Assembly: GCA_036704125.1 (NCBI GenBank)
Contig: DATNQI010000019.1
Coordinates: 971 to 64,970 of the forward strand
DNA length: 64,000 bases
Direction of reading: 5' to 3'
Source of the DNA: Pantanalinema sp.
GTDB taxonomy: Bacteria > Cyanobacteriota > Sericytochromatia > S15B-MN24 > UBA4093
Below are positions 46,021 through 55,715 of the stretch, piece by piece; position 1 is the stretch's first letter; every line of letters starts with the position of its first letter. The position numbers and the translations under genes were made by a program. A model generated the notes under the pieces. It was not told where the DNA came from, did not search any database, and was given only the letters and a program-made list of their open reading frames with translations.

Positions 46021-47337
46021 GTGTCGGAACACCGCTTCGCTTCCCCCTCGCTCCCCACGCACGCCTGGGCCCTCTACGACTTCGCGAACACCTTCTTCGC
46101 GATGAACATGCTCTCCTTGTACTTCGCCCTCTGGGTGACCAAGGACATGGGCGCGCCCGATCTGGCCTACTCGACGGCCCTTTCCGCCTCGCTCCTGGCG
46201 GTCGCGGTGGCCTCGCCCTTCTTCGGGGCCCTGTCGGATCGCCTCGGCAAGCGCACGCCCTTCGTTGCGGGCTTCACCCTGCTCTGCTGCCTCTGCACGG
46301 CGCTCCTTGCCCCCTTGATCGGCTTTTTGGGCGCCGGGGCCCTGGTGCCCGCCCTGGTCCTGTTCTCGATCGCCGTGTTCGGCTACAACCTCGCGCAGGT
46401 CTTCTACAACGCCCAGCTCCCCGACCTGGCTCCCCCCGAGCGCCTGGGCCGGATCTCGGGCTACGGCACGGCCATCGGCTACGCGGGCTCGTTCGTCGGG
46501 ATGCTCCTCGTCATGCCCTTCGTGACCGGGAAGATCCTCGCCTGGCAGACGCCGATCCCGGGCGGCGGCAACGTCGGGGCGTTCCTGCCCACCGCCCTCT
46601 TCTTCATGCTCTTCGCCCTGCCCCACCACCTCTTGGTGCGCGATAGCGCCAGGGCGGGCACCAGCGCCCGGCTCGGAGGAGGTCGCTCCTTTGGGCGCCT
46701 GGCCGAGACCTGGCGCGCCGCGCGGGGCATCCCCGGCATGGTCCCGTACCTGTTCGCCAACTTGCTCTTCTTCGACGCCCTCAACACCGTCATCGGGTTC
46801 ATGGCCGTCTACGCGGTCAAGGTCGTGGGCTTCGACGAGCAGAAGCAGGAGGTCCAGCTGGTCCTCCTGCTGGCGACCCTGTTCGCGGTCGTCGGCGCGT
46901 GGGCCTGGGGAAGGCTGGTGGATCGCCTGGGCGCCAAGCGCACCCTCTCCTTGAACCTCGCCTGGTGGGTTCTTTCGCTGGGGGCCATCATCCTGGTGCG
47001 GGACAAGACCCTCTTCGCCTGGGTGCTGGGCCCCGCGGTGGGCGTCGCCATGGGAGGCACCTGGACCGCGTCGCGGGCCCTGCTGTCGCGGCTGGCCCCC
47101 CCCGATCGCCAGGCCGAGTTCTTCGGGCTGTACTCGCTTGCGGGCAAGTTCGCCGCCGTCATCGGGCCCATGACCTGGGGGCTGGTCACCTACGCCTTTT
47201 CGGGAGCGCCCGTCCTGAAGTATCAGCTCGCGATCGCCTGTCAGCTCCTCTTGGTGCTGGCGGGCGGAGTCTTGCTCTCGCGCGTCCCGGAGCCCGGCGA
47301 GGCGCTGCCCTCACAGGGCGATCTCGTGGTCGGCTAG
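46021..47337 (+). CDS. MFS transporter (UMF1/Atg22-like family)
   Basis: 12 TM segments and an N-terminal WALYDFANTFF motif typical of Atg22-like MFS. Start is GTG 46021 with GAGGAG upstream. Confidence 0.7.
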   Translation: MSEHRFASPSLPTHAWALYDFANTFFAMNMLSLYFALWVTKDMGAPDLAYSTALSASLLAVAVASPFFGALSDRLGKRTPFVAGFTLLCCLCTALLAPLIGFLGAGALVPALVLFSIAVFGYNLAQVFYNAQLPDLAPPERLGRISGYGTAIGYAGSFVGMLLVMPFVTGKILAWQTPIPGGGNVGAFLPTALFFMLFALPHHLLVRDSARAGTSARLGGGRSFGRLAETWRAARGIPGMVPYLFANLLFFDALNTVIGFMAVYAVKVVGFDEQKQEVQLVLLLATLFAVVGAWAWGRLVDRLGAKRTLSLNLAWWVLSLGAIILVRDKTLFAWVLGPAVGVAMGGTWTASRALLSRLAPPDRQAEFFGLYSLAGKFAAVIGPMTWGLVTYAFSGAPVLKYQLAIACQLLLVLAGGVLLSRVPEPGEALPSQGDLVVG

Positions 47338-48900
47338 GGCCTCGATGAAGGCGGGATCGTGGGAGACGAACACCAGGGTCCCGGGGTACTGCGCAAGGGT
47401 CGCTTCCAGGGCCTCGCGCGCGTCGAGGTCCAGGTGGTTGGTGGGTTCGTCCAGCAAGAGGATGTTCGCGCCGCTCAGCAAGAGCCTGGCGAGCGCGACC
47501 TTGCCCCGCTCCCCGGCGCTCATGGTGCGGATGGGCCGCTCGATGTGCGCGGCACCCACCCGCAGGCACGCGAGCAGGGTGCGGACCCGGCTCGGGTCGG
47601 GATCGACCGAGAGGCAAAGGGCGAGCGGGGTCTCGGCCGGGTCGAGGTTCTCCGCCTCCTGCGCGTAGTAGCCGATCTTGACGCCGCTGCCCCGGCTCAC
47701 GGTGCCCGCGTCGGGTGTCACGAGCCCCTGCATCATCCGTAGCAGGGTGGACTTGCCCGTCCCGTTCGGCCCGGTGACGGCCCATCGCTCGCCCCGCCGG
47801 ATGGTGACGGACAGGTCCTCGAACAGGTCCCCCGCCTCGAAGCCCTTGCGGACGGCGGAAAGCTCCAGCACCACGTCCCCCGAGCGGGGCACGTTGGCGA
47901 AGCCGAGCGTCGGGATGGGGGCCTCGATCCGGGGCTTCTCGGCGGGGGCCTCGCGGGTCACGCGCTCGCGCAGGATGCGGGCGGTCTTCTGGATCCGGGC
48001 GGCCTTGGCCCCGTAGAAGTCCTTGCTCAGCCGCGCTTCGGGCGGGGCCTTGTCGACCTGGGCCGCCAGCCGCATGCGCTCCTGGGCGGCGCGCTCGGCG
48101 GCGGCTGCGCGCCGCGCCTGGGCCTCGTAGCGCTCCCATGCCTGGCGCTCGCGCAGGGCGCGCTGCTCGCGGTAAAAGGCGTAGCCGCCCTCGTGCACGG
48201 TGAGGGTGCCGCCGCGCAGCTCGAAGGTGCGGCGGGCCATGCGAGCGAGCAAGGTCCGCTCGTGGGAGACCAGGACGTAGGCGCACGAGAGGCGCTCCAG
48301 GTAGCCCTCCAGCCACTCGCGGGCCGCAAGGTCCAGGTGGTTGGTGGGCTCGTCGATGAGCAAAAGGTCGGCGGGCGTCAGCAAGAGCTTGGCGAGCTCC
48401 GCGCGCGTGCGCTGGCCGCTCGACAGCCGTCCCATGCCGAGGCTCAGGGCCGAGGCCTGGAAGCCGAGGCCCGCGAGCACGCGCTCGGCCTCGGCTTCCA
48501 GGCGATAGCCGCCTGCCGCCTCGTACTCGGCCAGCGCGTCCGCGAACGAAAGGGCCGCCTCGGGCTCGTCGAGCCGGGTGCTCAGCTCCTGCTGGCGCAG
48601 CCGAAGCTCGGCGATCGCAGGCACCGCGCCCAGGACGTGGTCGAGCAAGGGGAAATCCGGCGGGGCGCTGGATTCTTGCGGCAGGTAGCCGAGGCGAAGC
48701 CCCGGCTGGCGTGCGATCTCGCCTTCTGTCGGTGCGAGCTCGCCCGTGAGCAGCCGCAGCAGGGTGGATTTGCCCGCACCGTTGGGGCCGACCAGGGCGA
48801 TGCGATCGCCCGGACGGATGTCGAAGGTGAGATCCAGGAAGAGGGGAAGGGTCTGTCGAGGATGGCCGAACGCCACCCTGGCCACGTGCAGCAAGCTCAT
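47311..48900 (-). CDS. ABC-F family ATPase (tandem ABC ATP-binding domains, no TMD)
   Basis: Two Walker A sites (GPNGAGKST; GPNGTGKST), two LSGGQ-type signatures (LSSGQRTR; MSAGERGK) and two Walker B sites (LLLIDEPTNHLD). Confidence 0.85.
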   Translation of the reverse strand: MSLLHVARVAFGHPRQTLPLFLDLTFDIRPGDRIALVGPNGAGKSTLLRLLTGELAPTEGEIARQPGLRLGYLPQESSAPPDFPLLDHVLGAVPAIAELRLRQQELSTRLDEPEAALSFADALAEYEAAGGYRLEAEAERVLAGLGFQASALSLGMGRLSSGQRTRAELAKLLLTPADLLLIDEPTNHLDLAAREWLEGYLERLSCAYVLVSHERTLLARMARRTFELRGGTLTVHEGGYAFYREQRALRERQAWERYEAQARRAAAAERAAQERMRLAAQVDKAPPEARLSKDFYGAKAARIQKTARILRERVTREAPAEKPRIEAPIPTLGFANVPRSGDVVLELSAVRKGFEAGDLFEDLSVTIRRGERWAVTGPNGTGKSTLLRMMQGLVTPDAGTVSRGSGVKIGYYAQEAENLDPAETPLALCLSVDPDPSRVRTLLACLRVGAAHIERPIRTMSAGERGKVALARLLLSGANILLLDEPTNHLDLDAREALEATLAQYPGTLVFVSHDPAFIEALADHEIAL

Positions 48901-49040
48901 TCGCGAACTCCACCATGGGCCCCTCCGCGTTGCGGGGGCAGCCGGGTCGGGAGACTGGGAATGGCTTAGATCTTCATCGGGCGGACAAGACCTCCAAAAA
49001 AGAAGCGGTTTGCTTACTTAAACGCCTGGCTCGGGACCTG

Positions 49041-50003
49041 TCAAGCCCTGGGGGCCGGGGAGGCCCAGTTCCCCGACTTCAGGCGCTCGCCGTCGGCGGC
49101 CCACTTGCCGAGCTGGTTGGGCGGCACGAGGCGATCGCCCCGGCGAAGCCTGCGGCAGCGGATCGCCCCCTCGCGGGTCTGGACGAGGATGCCCGAGGCG
49201 TTGACCGAGAGGACCGTGCCGGGGCTCGCGCCCTGCCGGCCCTCCTCGGCGCTCGCCTCGAGCACCGCGAGCCGCTCGCCGCGCGCGGTCAAAAAGGCGC
49301 CGGGGTAGGGGCTGCAGGCGCGGATGGTCCGCAGGATCTGCTCGTCGTCGGCATTCCAGTCCAGCCGCCCCTCGCGCAGCGAGAAGAAGGGGGCCGGAGT
49401 GCTCTCGGCGGGCTGGGGGCGCGGGTAGAGGGTGCCGTCCTGCACCCCTTCGAGCGTCTCGAGCAGGATGGCGGGCGCCGCCTTCGCCAGGCGACGGATC
49501 AGGCGCTGGGCGTTGTCGCCCGGCCGGATGGGGTGCCGGTGCTGCAGCAGGATCGGCCCGGCGTCCACGGTCTCTTCGAGCAGGTGGACGGTGAGACCCG
49601 TCTCCTCGTCTCCCGCCCAGATGGCGCGGCTGACGGGGGCGGGCCCCCGGTGGCGCGGCAAGAGCGACGGGTGGACGTTGATGCCGCCGTAGGGGGCGAT
49701 CGCGAGCACCTCGGGGGGCAGGACCTTGTCGAAGGTGGCCACCACCAGAAGGTCCGGCTTGAGCGCGGCGAGCCGGCGCACCAGCGAAGGGTCGCGCAGG
49801 GTCTCGGGGGTCAGGACCGGCAGGCGGCGCTGCTGGGCGATCTCGGCGACGCCCGGCGGCTGGCGACGGCCGAAGAGGCGCTGGAGGAGGGTGCGTTTCG
49901 GGGAAGCCAGGGTGACGACCCCGGCCACCTCGTGGCCGGCCGTGAGGAGGGCCGAGAGGCATGCCTCCCCCATGACGTCGACGCCGAAGAACAGGATTCG
50001 CAT
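49041..50003 (-). CDS. Fmt-family formyltransferase (methionyl-tRNA formyltransferase-like paralog)
   Basis: MRILFFG… N-terminus and catalytic NVHPSLLPRHRG…WAGDEETG, with an Fmt-like C-terminal domain. ATG 50001-50003 overlaps the stop of the upstream DUF1284-like gene (ATGA). Confidence 0.7.
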   Translation of the reverse strand: MRILFFGVDVMGEACLSALLTAGHEVAGVVTLASPKRTLLQRLFGRRQPPGVAEIAQQRRLPVLTPETLRDPSLVRRLAALKPDLLVVATFDKVLPPEVLAIAPYGGINVHPSLLPRHRGPAPVSRAIWAGDEETGLTVHLLEETVDAGPILLQHRHPIRPGDNAQRLIRRLAKAAPAILLETLEGVQDGTLYPRPQPAESTPAPFFSLREGRLDWNADDEQILRTIRACSPYPGAFLTARGERLAVLEASAEEGRQGASPGTVLSVNASGILVQTREGAIRCRRLRRGDRLVPPNQLGKWAADGERLKSGNWASPAPRA

Positions 50004-50449
50004 CAGGGCTCCTTGGGAACGGGGGGATTGGCCTCGCGCAGCGTGAAGCGCCGCTCGGCGCAGATGGAGGTCCAGTCGCAGCCTTCGCAGACCTGGGCCA
50101 TCAGCTCGGCGTGGTGGTCGTGGATGTGGGCCATGGTACTTTCGAGCTCCACCACCTCGCCCTCGCGCCAGCCCATCGCCTCGATCAGGCGGCGATCGCG
50201 CGCCCCGATCGAGGCCTGGTAGCGGCAGCTCCCTTCCTCGTTCGGATCCTGGAGGTTGGGGCAGGCCCGGCACAGCGGGTCCGCCACGCTGATCGCCCGG
50301 GCGTGGGAGTAGGCCCCGTCGCGCAGGTCGTGCCAGACCCGGTTCATGTTGGCCACGAAGTCGGGAGAGTAGCCCTTGCCCTGGTAGGTGGTGACGCACA
50401 TGAGGTGATGGGCGCGCAGCGGCAGGGTTTTGACGGGGAGCTCATGCAT
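50003..50449 (-). CDS. DUF1284-like Cys/His-rich protein
   Basis: N-terminal …LRAHHLMCVTTYQGKGYSPDFVANM… resembles the DUF1284 start, with multiple Cys/His clusters (CRACPNLQ; CEGCDWTSIC). It is translationally coupled to the Fmt-like gene. Confidence 0.5.
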   Translation of the reverse strand: MHELPVKTLPLRAHHLMCVTTYQGKGYSPDFVANMNRVWHDLRDGAYSHARAISVADPLCRACPNLQDPNEEGSCRYQASIGARDRRLIEAMGWREGEVVELESTMAHIHDHHAELMAQVCEGCDWTSICAERRFTLREANPPVPKEP

Positions 50450-50593
50450 GCCTCTATGCTACCATCGCTTTCGCCTTTTTCGCCTTCTCAGCGAATCCTC
50501 AGGATGCTCTCAGCCCTCTCTCGGTTTCGGGCGCTAGAGTGAAGCCATCGAGACGGGGGCGAGCGCCCCCGACCAAGCAGAGGAGTCCCGTCC

Positions 50594-50842
50594 ATGACCA
50601 TCCGCATCAAGCCTTTCCTCGCCGCCCTCTCGGCCGTCGTCGCCCTTGGCGCCGGTGCCGCCATGGCCGCCGAGCAGCCCGCCGCGACCGCCACGACCGC
50701 GAAGCCCGCCGTGACGACCAAGGTCGTCACCCCGGCGAAGGCCGCCCCCGTCAAGGTCGCCACCGTCAAGGTCGCCACCAAGGCCACCAAGGCCACCAAG
50801 GCCACCAAGGCTCACGCCAAGAAGCACGCCGCCAAGAAGTAG
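50594..50842 (+). CDS. small secreted Lys/Ala/Thr-rich protein with (KAT)n repeats
   Basis: GAGGAG before the ATG, a signal peptide (…ALGAGAAMA|AEQ), and VATKATKATKATKAHAKKHAAKK encoded by a 9-bp tandem repeat. Confidence 0.55.
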   Translation: MTIRIKPFLAALSAVVALGAGAAMAAEQPAATATTAKPAVTTKVVTPAKAAPVKVATVKVATKATKATKATKAHAKKHAAKK

Positions 50843-50850
50843 ACTCCCCT

Positions 50851-50891
50851 CGCGGGGCGGTCCCTGGTAAGATGGGGCCGCCCTTTTTTTT
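50851..50891 (+). terminator. rho-independent terminator (imperfect stem + T8)
   Basis: gggcggtccc…ggggccgccc followed by tttttttt. Confidence 0.6.
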
Positions 50892-50905
50892 CGGGAGCGA
50901 TCGCC

Positions 50906-51610
50906 ATGGACGCCGGGTCCCAGGTCCCGAAGGCCCGTATCCTCATCATCGAGGACGAGCCCGACATCGCCGAGTTCATCGCCGCCGAGCTGCGCTTCGA
51001 GGGCTTCGAGGTGCGCGTGGAGGCGGACGGTGCGCGGGGATTGGTCGCCGTGCGCCAGGAGAGCCCGGACCTGGTGATTCTCGATCGCATGCTGCCCGGC
51101 ATGGACGGCCTCGAGATCTGCAAGCGCCTGCGCCGCGCCTCGGACGTCCCCATCCTCATGCTCACCGCCCGCGGCGACGTGGCCGACCGGGTCGAGGGCC
51201 TGAACAGCGGCGCCAACGACTACCTTCCAAAGCCCTTCGACCTCGACGAGCTGCTGGCGCGCGTCAATGCCCAGCTGCGCGCTCGCCGTCCCGCCCCCAG
51301 GCAATACTTCGAGGTGGGCGAGCTGAGCCTCGAGCTCGAGAGCCGCGAGGTGCGGCGCGCGGGCGAGGAGATCGCGCTGACCCCCAAGGAGTTCGACCTG
51401 CTCGCCTACCTCATGCAGCACGCCCGGCAGGTGAAGCCCCGCGAGCAGATCCTCCAGGCGGTCTGGGGCTACGACTTCGAGGGCGAGGACAACGTGCTCG
51501 AGGTCTACATCCGCTACCTGCGCAACAAGATCGAGCGCGAGGGCCTGCCCAAGCTGATCCACACGGTGCGCGGGGTCGGCTACGTGATCAAGGATCGTGG
51601 CGCCAGTTGA
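50906..51610 (+). CDS. OmpR-family response regulator
   Basis: REC domain (ILIIEDEPDI…LVILDRMLPGMDG) and a winged-helix trans_reg_C domain (…LTPKEFDLLAYLM…VRGVGYVI). Confidence 0.9.
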   Translation: MDAGSQVPKARILIIEDEPDIAEFIAAELRFEGFEVRVEADGARGLVAVRQESPDLVILDRMLPGMDGLEICKRLRRASDVPILMLTARGDVADRVEGLNSGANDYLPKPFDLDELLARVNAQLRARRPAPRQYFEVGELSLELESREVRRAGEEIALTPKEFDLLAYLMQHARQVKPREQILQAVWGYDFEGEDNVLEVYIRYLRNKIEREGLPKLIHTVRGVGYVIKDRGAS

Positions 51611-52995
51611 GCATCCGCCTGCGTCTCACCCTGCTCTTCGTCGCGCTGCTCGCGGCGGTGGGACTCGCCCGCAGCATCGCGGTCCTGGAGGGCCTCTCGA
51701 ACACCCTGCACGGCATCGCCCTTTCCGACGCGCACAGCCGGATCCGGCAGCTTCGGGACTACCTGGCGCTGCGCCATGCCGAAGAGCACCGCCTGGGACG
51801 CAACCTGCGCCTCGACCGCCCCGAGGCCCTCCCCCGCGCCTTCTCCGACGACGGCATGCTGCTTCAGCTCACGGCCCCCGACGGCCGGATCCTCAACCGC
51901 AGCGCCAACCTGCGCGCCTCGCGCCTGCCGCTCCCGGCGCATGCGGGGAGCCGGGCGGTCTCGCTCTCGCTCGGCGGCACGTCGCCGGAGCGCCTGCTCC
52001 TGGTCTCCGAGCCCCTGCAGCTGGGGCACCATGGCCCGGCCGGCTGGATCCAGGCGGCCTACCCGCTCGACGCCATCGACCGCACCACGCACCGCATGAC
52101 CCTGGTCGAGCTGGGGGTGGGCCTGGCCTCGCTCGTCCTGGCCTTCGCGGTCGGCTACTTCTTCGCGGGGCGGGCCCTGTCGCCGGTCGCCGCCATCACC
52201 TCCGAGGTGGGGCGCCTGACCCGGCGCGACCTGCATCGCCGCCTGGAGGTGGGCCCTGCGCCCCACGACGAGATCGATCGCCTCACCCTCACCTTCAACG
52301 GCCTGTTCGATCGCCTCGAGGAGAGCTTCGAGGCGCAGCGGCGCTTCGTGGCGGACGCCTCGCACGAGCTGCGCAGCCCCCTGACCGCCATCCACGGCCA
52401 TCTGCAATTGATCCGGCGCCGGGGCGACGCGAATCCCGAGCAGGCCAAGGTCTGGCTCGAGACCGCCTCGCGCGAGGTGGGGCGCCTGATCCGCCTGGTC
52501 AACGAGCTCCTGGACCTGGCGCGGGCCGAGGGACAGGCGCTGATCGCAGCCCCCGCGCCGGTGGAGCTCGGGGCGCTCGCGCGCGAGGTGGCCCTCCAGT
52601 TCCAGGTGATCGCCCCGCGGATCCGCGCGGAGGTGGGCGCACCGCTCTGGGTGCGCGGGGACGAAGATCGCCTGCGCCAGGTGCTGATCAACCTGGCGGA
52701 CAACGCCGTGCGCGCCACCCGCGACGGAGGCGACGTGCGGATCGAGGTCAGGCGCGAGCACGACTCGGCCCTCGTCGTGGTCGCGGACACCGGCGGCGGC
52801 ATCCCGCCCGAGCGCCTGGAGCGGATCTTCGATCGCTTCTACCGGCTGGATGCCGCCCGCGGCAGGGAGCGCGGGGGGGCGGGTCTGGGCCTGTCCATCG
52901 CCCAGGCCATCGTGCGGGCCCACCGGGGCGAGATCTCGGTCGAGAGTGCCCCGGGGCAGGGGGCGCGCTTCACCATCCGCCTGCCGCTGGCCTGA
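51607..52995 (+). CDS. sensor histidine kinase (HAMP + HisKA + HATPase_c), cognate of the OmpR-family regulator
   Basis: Probable TTG start overlapping the regulator stop. Two TM segments, H-box ADASHELRSPLTAI and N/G boxes (…LINLADNAVRAT…GGAGLGLSIA…). Confidence 0.75.
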   Translation: MSIRLRLTLLFVALLAAVGLARSIAVLEGLSNTLHGIALSDAHSRIRQLRDYLALRHAEEHRLGRNLRLDRPEALPRAFSDDGMLLQLTAPDGRILNRSANLRASRLPLPAHAGSRAVSLSLGGTSPERLLLVSEPLQLGHHGPAGWIQAAYPLDAIDRTTHRMTLVELGVGLASLVLAFAVGYFFAGRALSPVAAITSEVGRLTRRDLHRRLEVGPAPHDEIDRLTLTFNGLFDRLEESFEAQRRFVADASHELRSPLTAIHGHLQLIRRRGDANPEQAKVWLETASREVGRLIRLVNELLDLARAEGQALIAAPAPVELGALAREVALQFQVIAPRIRAEVGAPLWVRGDEDRLRQVLINLADNAVRATRDGGDVRIEVRREHDSALVVVADTGGGIPPERLERIFDRFYRLDAARGRERGGAGLGLSIAQAIVRAHRGEISVESAPGQGARFTIRLPLA

Positions 52996-53041
52996 GAGGC
53001 GCCTGATCGAAGCGAGCGCCGGGTGGTATCATGGCCTCCTT

Positions 53042-55453
53042 ATGGCAATGGACGAAAAAACACTGAAGATGCTCGAGTGGCCCCGCGTCGTGGAGCTGCT
53101 CTGTGAACGCGCCACCACCGAGTCGGGCAAGGACCGCTGCAGGGCGATCGAGATTCACACCGACCTGGACGCCGTCTCCCACGCGCTGCGCCTGACCACC
53201 GAGGCCAGAGGGCTCTTGATCGAGACCCAGACCTTCCCCATGGGCGGCCTCCAGGATCTGCGCGGCGCCATCCGCCGGCTGGACCAGGGCGCGGACCTCG
53301 ACGGCCACGAGCTGACGGCGATCGCGCACACGCTGGTCGCCGCGCGCCGGCTCAAGAGCTTCCTCTCGGATCACGACGAGGAGTTCCCGGCGCTCGCCGA
53401 GCTCGGCGTGCCGATCGTGCCCCTGCCCAAGCTGACCGACGAGATCCTGCGCTGCTTCGACCCCTCGGGGGAGGTGGCCGATCACGCGAGCCCCGCGCTC
53501 GGCGCCATCCGCCGCAAGCTGCACGAGACCCAGGGCGAGATCCGCACCCGTCTCCAGCGCATGCTGCGCTCGCACGCGAACGCGCTCCAGGAGACGATCA
53601 TCACCATGCGCGGCGAGCGCTTCGTGCTGCCCGTGCGCTCGGACGCCAAGGGCCAGGTGCCGGGCATCGTCCACGACCAGTCCTCGACCGGCATGACCCT
53701 CTTCATCGAGCCCATGGCCGTGGTCGACCTGAACAACCAGGTCACCAAGGCCCACCTGGACGAGCGGGACGAGATCGCCCGCATCCTCGCGCGCCTGACC
53801 CAGCTGGTCTCGGCCAACAGCGAGGAGATCCGCTGGACCATGGAGGCCGTCGCCGAGATCGACTTCACCTACGCCAAGGCCCGGCTCTCCATGGCCCTCG
53901 ACGGCCACCACCCGCGCCTCGACCGCGAGGGCGCCACCGTCGTGTACGGCGCGCGCCACCCCCTCCTGGTGGCACGGGGGCTCTCGAGCGAGACCAAGGG
54001 CGCCAAGGTCGTCCCCATCGACGTGGGGGTGGGCGATCGCCACCAGGTGGTCGTCATCACCGGCCCCAACACCGGCGGCAAGACCGTCACCCTCAAGACC
54101 CTGGGCCTGGTCACCCTCATGACCCAGGCTGGCCTCCACCCGCCGGTCGCGCCCGGCTCCCAGGTGGCGGTGTTCCGCAAGGTCTTCGCCGACATCGGCG
54201 ACGAGCAGAGCCTCCAGCAGAACCTCTCGACCTTCTCGGGTCACATGCGCAACATCATCCGGATCACGACCTATGCCGACCACCGGACGCTGGTGCTCCT
54301 GGACGAGCTGGGCGCGGGCACCGATCCCCAGGAGGGGGCGGCCCTGGCGCGGGCCCTCATCGACGTGTTCATCGAGCGCGGCAGCCGGCTGGTGGCGACC
54401 ACCCACTACGGCGAGCTGAAGCTCTTGGCCTACGAGAAGTCAGGGATCATCAACGCCTCGGTGGAGTTCGACGTCAAGAGCCTCTCGCCGACCTACCGCC
54501 TCTTGATGGGCGTGCCGGGCCAGTCCAACGCCATCACCATCGCCTCGGCCCTCGGCCTTCCCCCCGTGGTGGCGGCCTCGGCCAAGGAGTACCTGAGCCG
54601 GGGCAAGGACGATGCCGCCGAGGTCATCTCGCGCCTCGAGGCCGAGCAGCACGCCGCCGCGGTCGCCCGCGCCGACGCGGACCGCAAGCTGGCCGAGGCC
54701 GAGCGCATGCGCGCCGAGTACGAGGCCAAGCTCGCCAACTGGAGCCAGGAGCGCAAGGACCTGCGCGAGAAGGCCCGCGACGCCCTCGACCAGGAGCTCG
54801 AGTCCGCCCGCGCGGAGATCGCCTCGGTCACCCGCGAGCTCCAGGGCGCCCGGACCGCCCAGACCGCCCAGAAGGCCCACGACCGGATCAGCAAGCTCAA
54901 GCACCGCATGCAGAAGACGGAGCGCCCGGCCAACACCGTCAACGCGCGCACGCTGCTGGTGGGCGATCGCGTCTTCCTGCCGCGCCTCAACCAGACGGGG
55001 ATCGTCCAGTCCCTGCCGGACGCGAGCGGCGAGGTCGTGCTCCAGATCGGGATCATGAAGGTGACGGCCAGGCTCGCCGAGCTGCAGATCGAGCCCAAGG
55101 GCGGTGACAAGGGCGCAAAGGCGGCCTCCAAGGCAAGCGCGCCGGAGCCCCAGGCCTTCAAGCCCTCCAGGAAGGCCGGCCGCTCGGGCGCCGAGGAGCC
55201 CGGCCGCCAGGCCGGGATGGAGATCGATCTGCGCGGCATGATGGTTCACGAGGCGATCACCGAGCTCGAAAACTTCCTCGACACGGCCATGGAGGCCGAT
55301 CTCAAGAGCGTCTGGATCATCCACGGCGCCGGTACCGGTGCGCTGCGCAAGGGGATCCGCGATCACCTGAGGACCAGCCCCTACGCCGCCTCGTTCCGAC
55401 CGGGCGGGCACGGCGAGGGCGGCGACGGGGTCACGGTCGTCCAGCTTTCTTGA
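53042..55453 (+). CDS. mutS2: endonuclease MutS2 (MutS-like ATPase with C-terminal Smr domain)
   Basis: Walker A (GPNTGGKT), the MutS2 core, a coiled-coil, and a C-terminal Smr (…DLRGMMVHEAITELENFLD…IIHGAGTGALRKGIRDHL…). ATG 53048 is an alternative start. Confidence 0.9.
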   Translation: MAMDEKTLKMLEWPRVVELLCERATTESGKDRCRAIEIHTDLDAVSHALRLTTEARGLLIETQTFPMGGLQDLRGAIRRLDQGADLDGHELTAIAHTLVAARRLKSFLSDHDEEFPALAELGVPIVPLPKLTDEILRCFDPSGEVADHASPALGAIRRKLHETQGEIRTRLQRMLRSHANALQETIITMRGERFVLPVRSDAKGQVPGIVHDQSSTGMTLFIEPMAVVDLNNQVTKAHLDERDEIARILARLTQLVSANSEEIRWTMEAVAEIDFTYAKARLSMALDGHHPRLDREGATVVYGARHPLLVARGLSSETKGAKVVPIDVGVGDRHQVVVITGPNTGGKTVTLKTLGLVTLMTQAGLHPPVAPGSQVAVFRKVFADIGDEQSLQQNLSTFSGHMRNIIRITTYADHRTLVLLDELGAGTDPQEGAALARALIDVFIERGSRLVATTHYGELKLLAYEKSGIINASVEFDVKSLSPTYRLLMGVPGQSNAITIASALGLPPVVAASAKEYLSRGKDDAAEVISRLEAEQHAAAVARADADRKLAEAERMRAEYEAKLANWSQERKDLREKARDALDQELESARAEIASVTRELQGARTAQTAQKAHDRISKLKHRMQKTERPANTVNARTLLVGDRVFLPRLNQTGIVQSLPDASGEVVLQIGIMKVTARLAELQIEPKGGDKGAKAASKASAPEPQAFKPSRKAGRSGAEEPGRQAGMEIDLRGMMVHEAITELENFLDTAMEADLKSVWIIHGAGTGALRKGIRDHLRTSPYAASFRPGGHGEGGDGVTVVQLS

Positions 55454-55479
55454 GCCGGTTAGGCCGGGGTTAATCCGAA

Positions 55480-55640
55480 CCTCCGACGGGGATCACGTGC
55501 GCGATGCGCGTGATCCCCATCACCGTCAGGGCCTGGATTTGCGCCCCTCGATGTCAACAAGTTGCGAGGGTGGTGAAATTTAATTTCAGTTTCCGGCGAA
55601 ATTAACTCATACTTAACGGTGGCCCGACAAGATCCCGCGC
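55480..55640. promoter_or_regulatory. AT-rich intergenic spacer with palindromes upstream of recombinase-like gene
   Basis: A 10-bp perfect IR (ggggatcacg…cgtgatcccc) and a gaaatttaatttc / gaaattaac AT-rich palindrome; GC is much lower than the surroundings. Confidence 0.35.
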
Positions 55641-55715
55641 CGTGCCCCGTATAAACACCTTGTGAACAGCGGGCTTGAATGAGAGCGGGCCCGGTGAGAC
55701 GTGAGGAGAGCGAAA

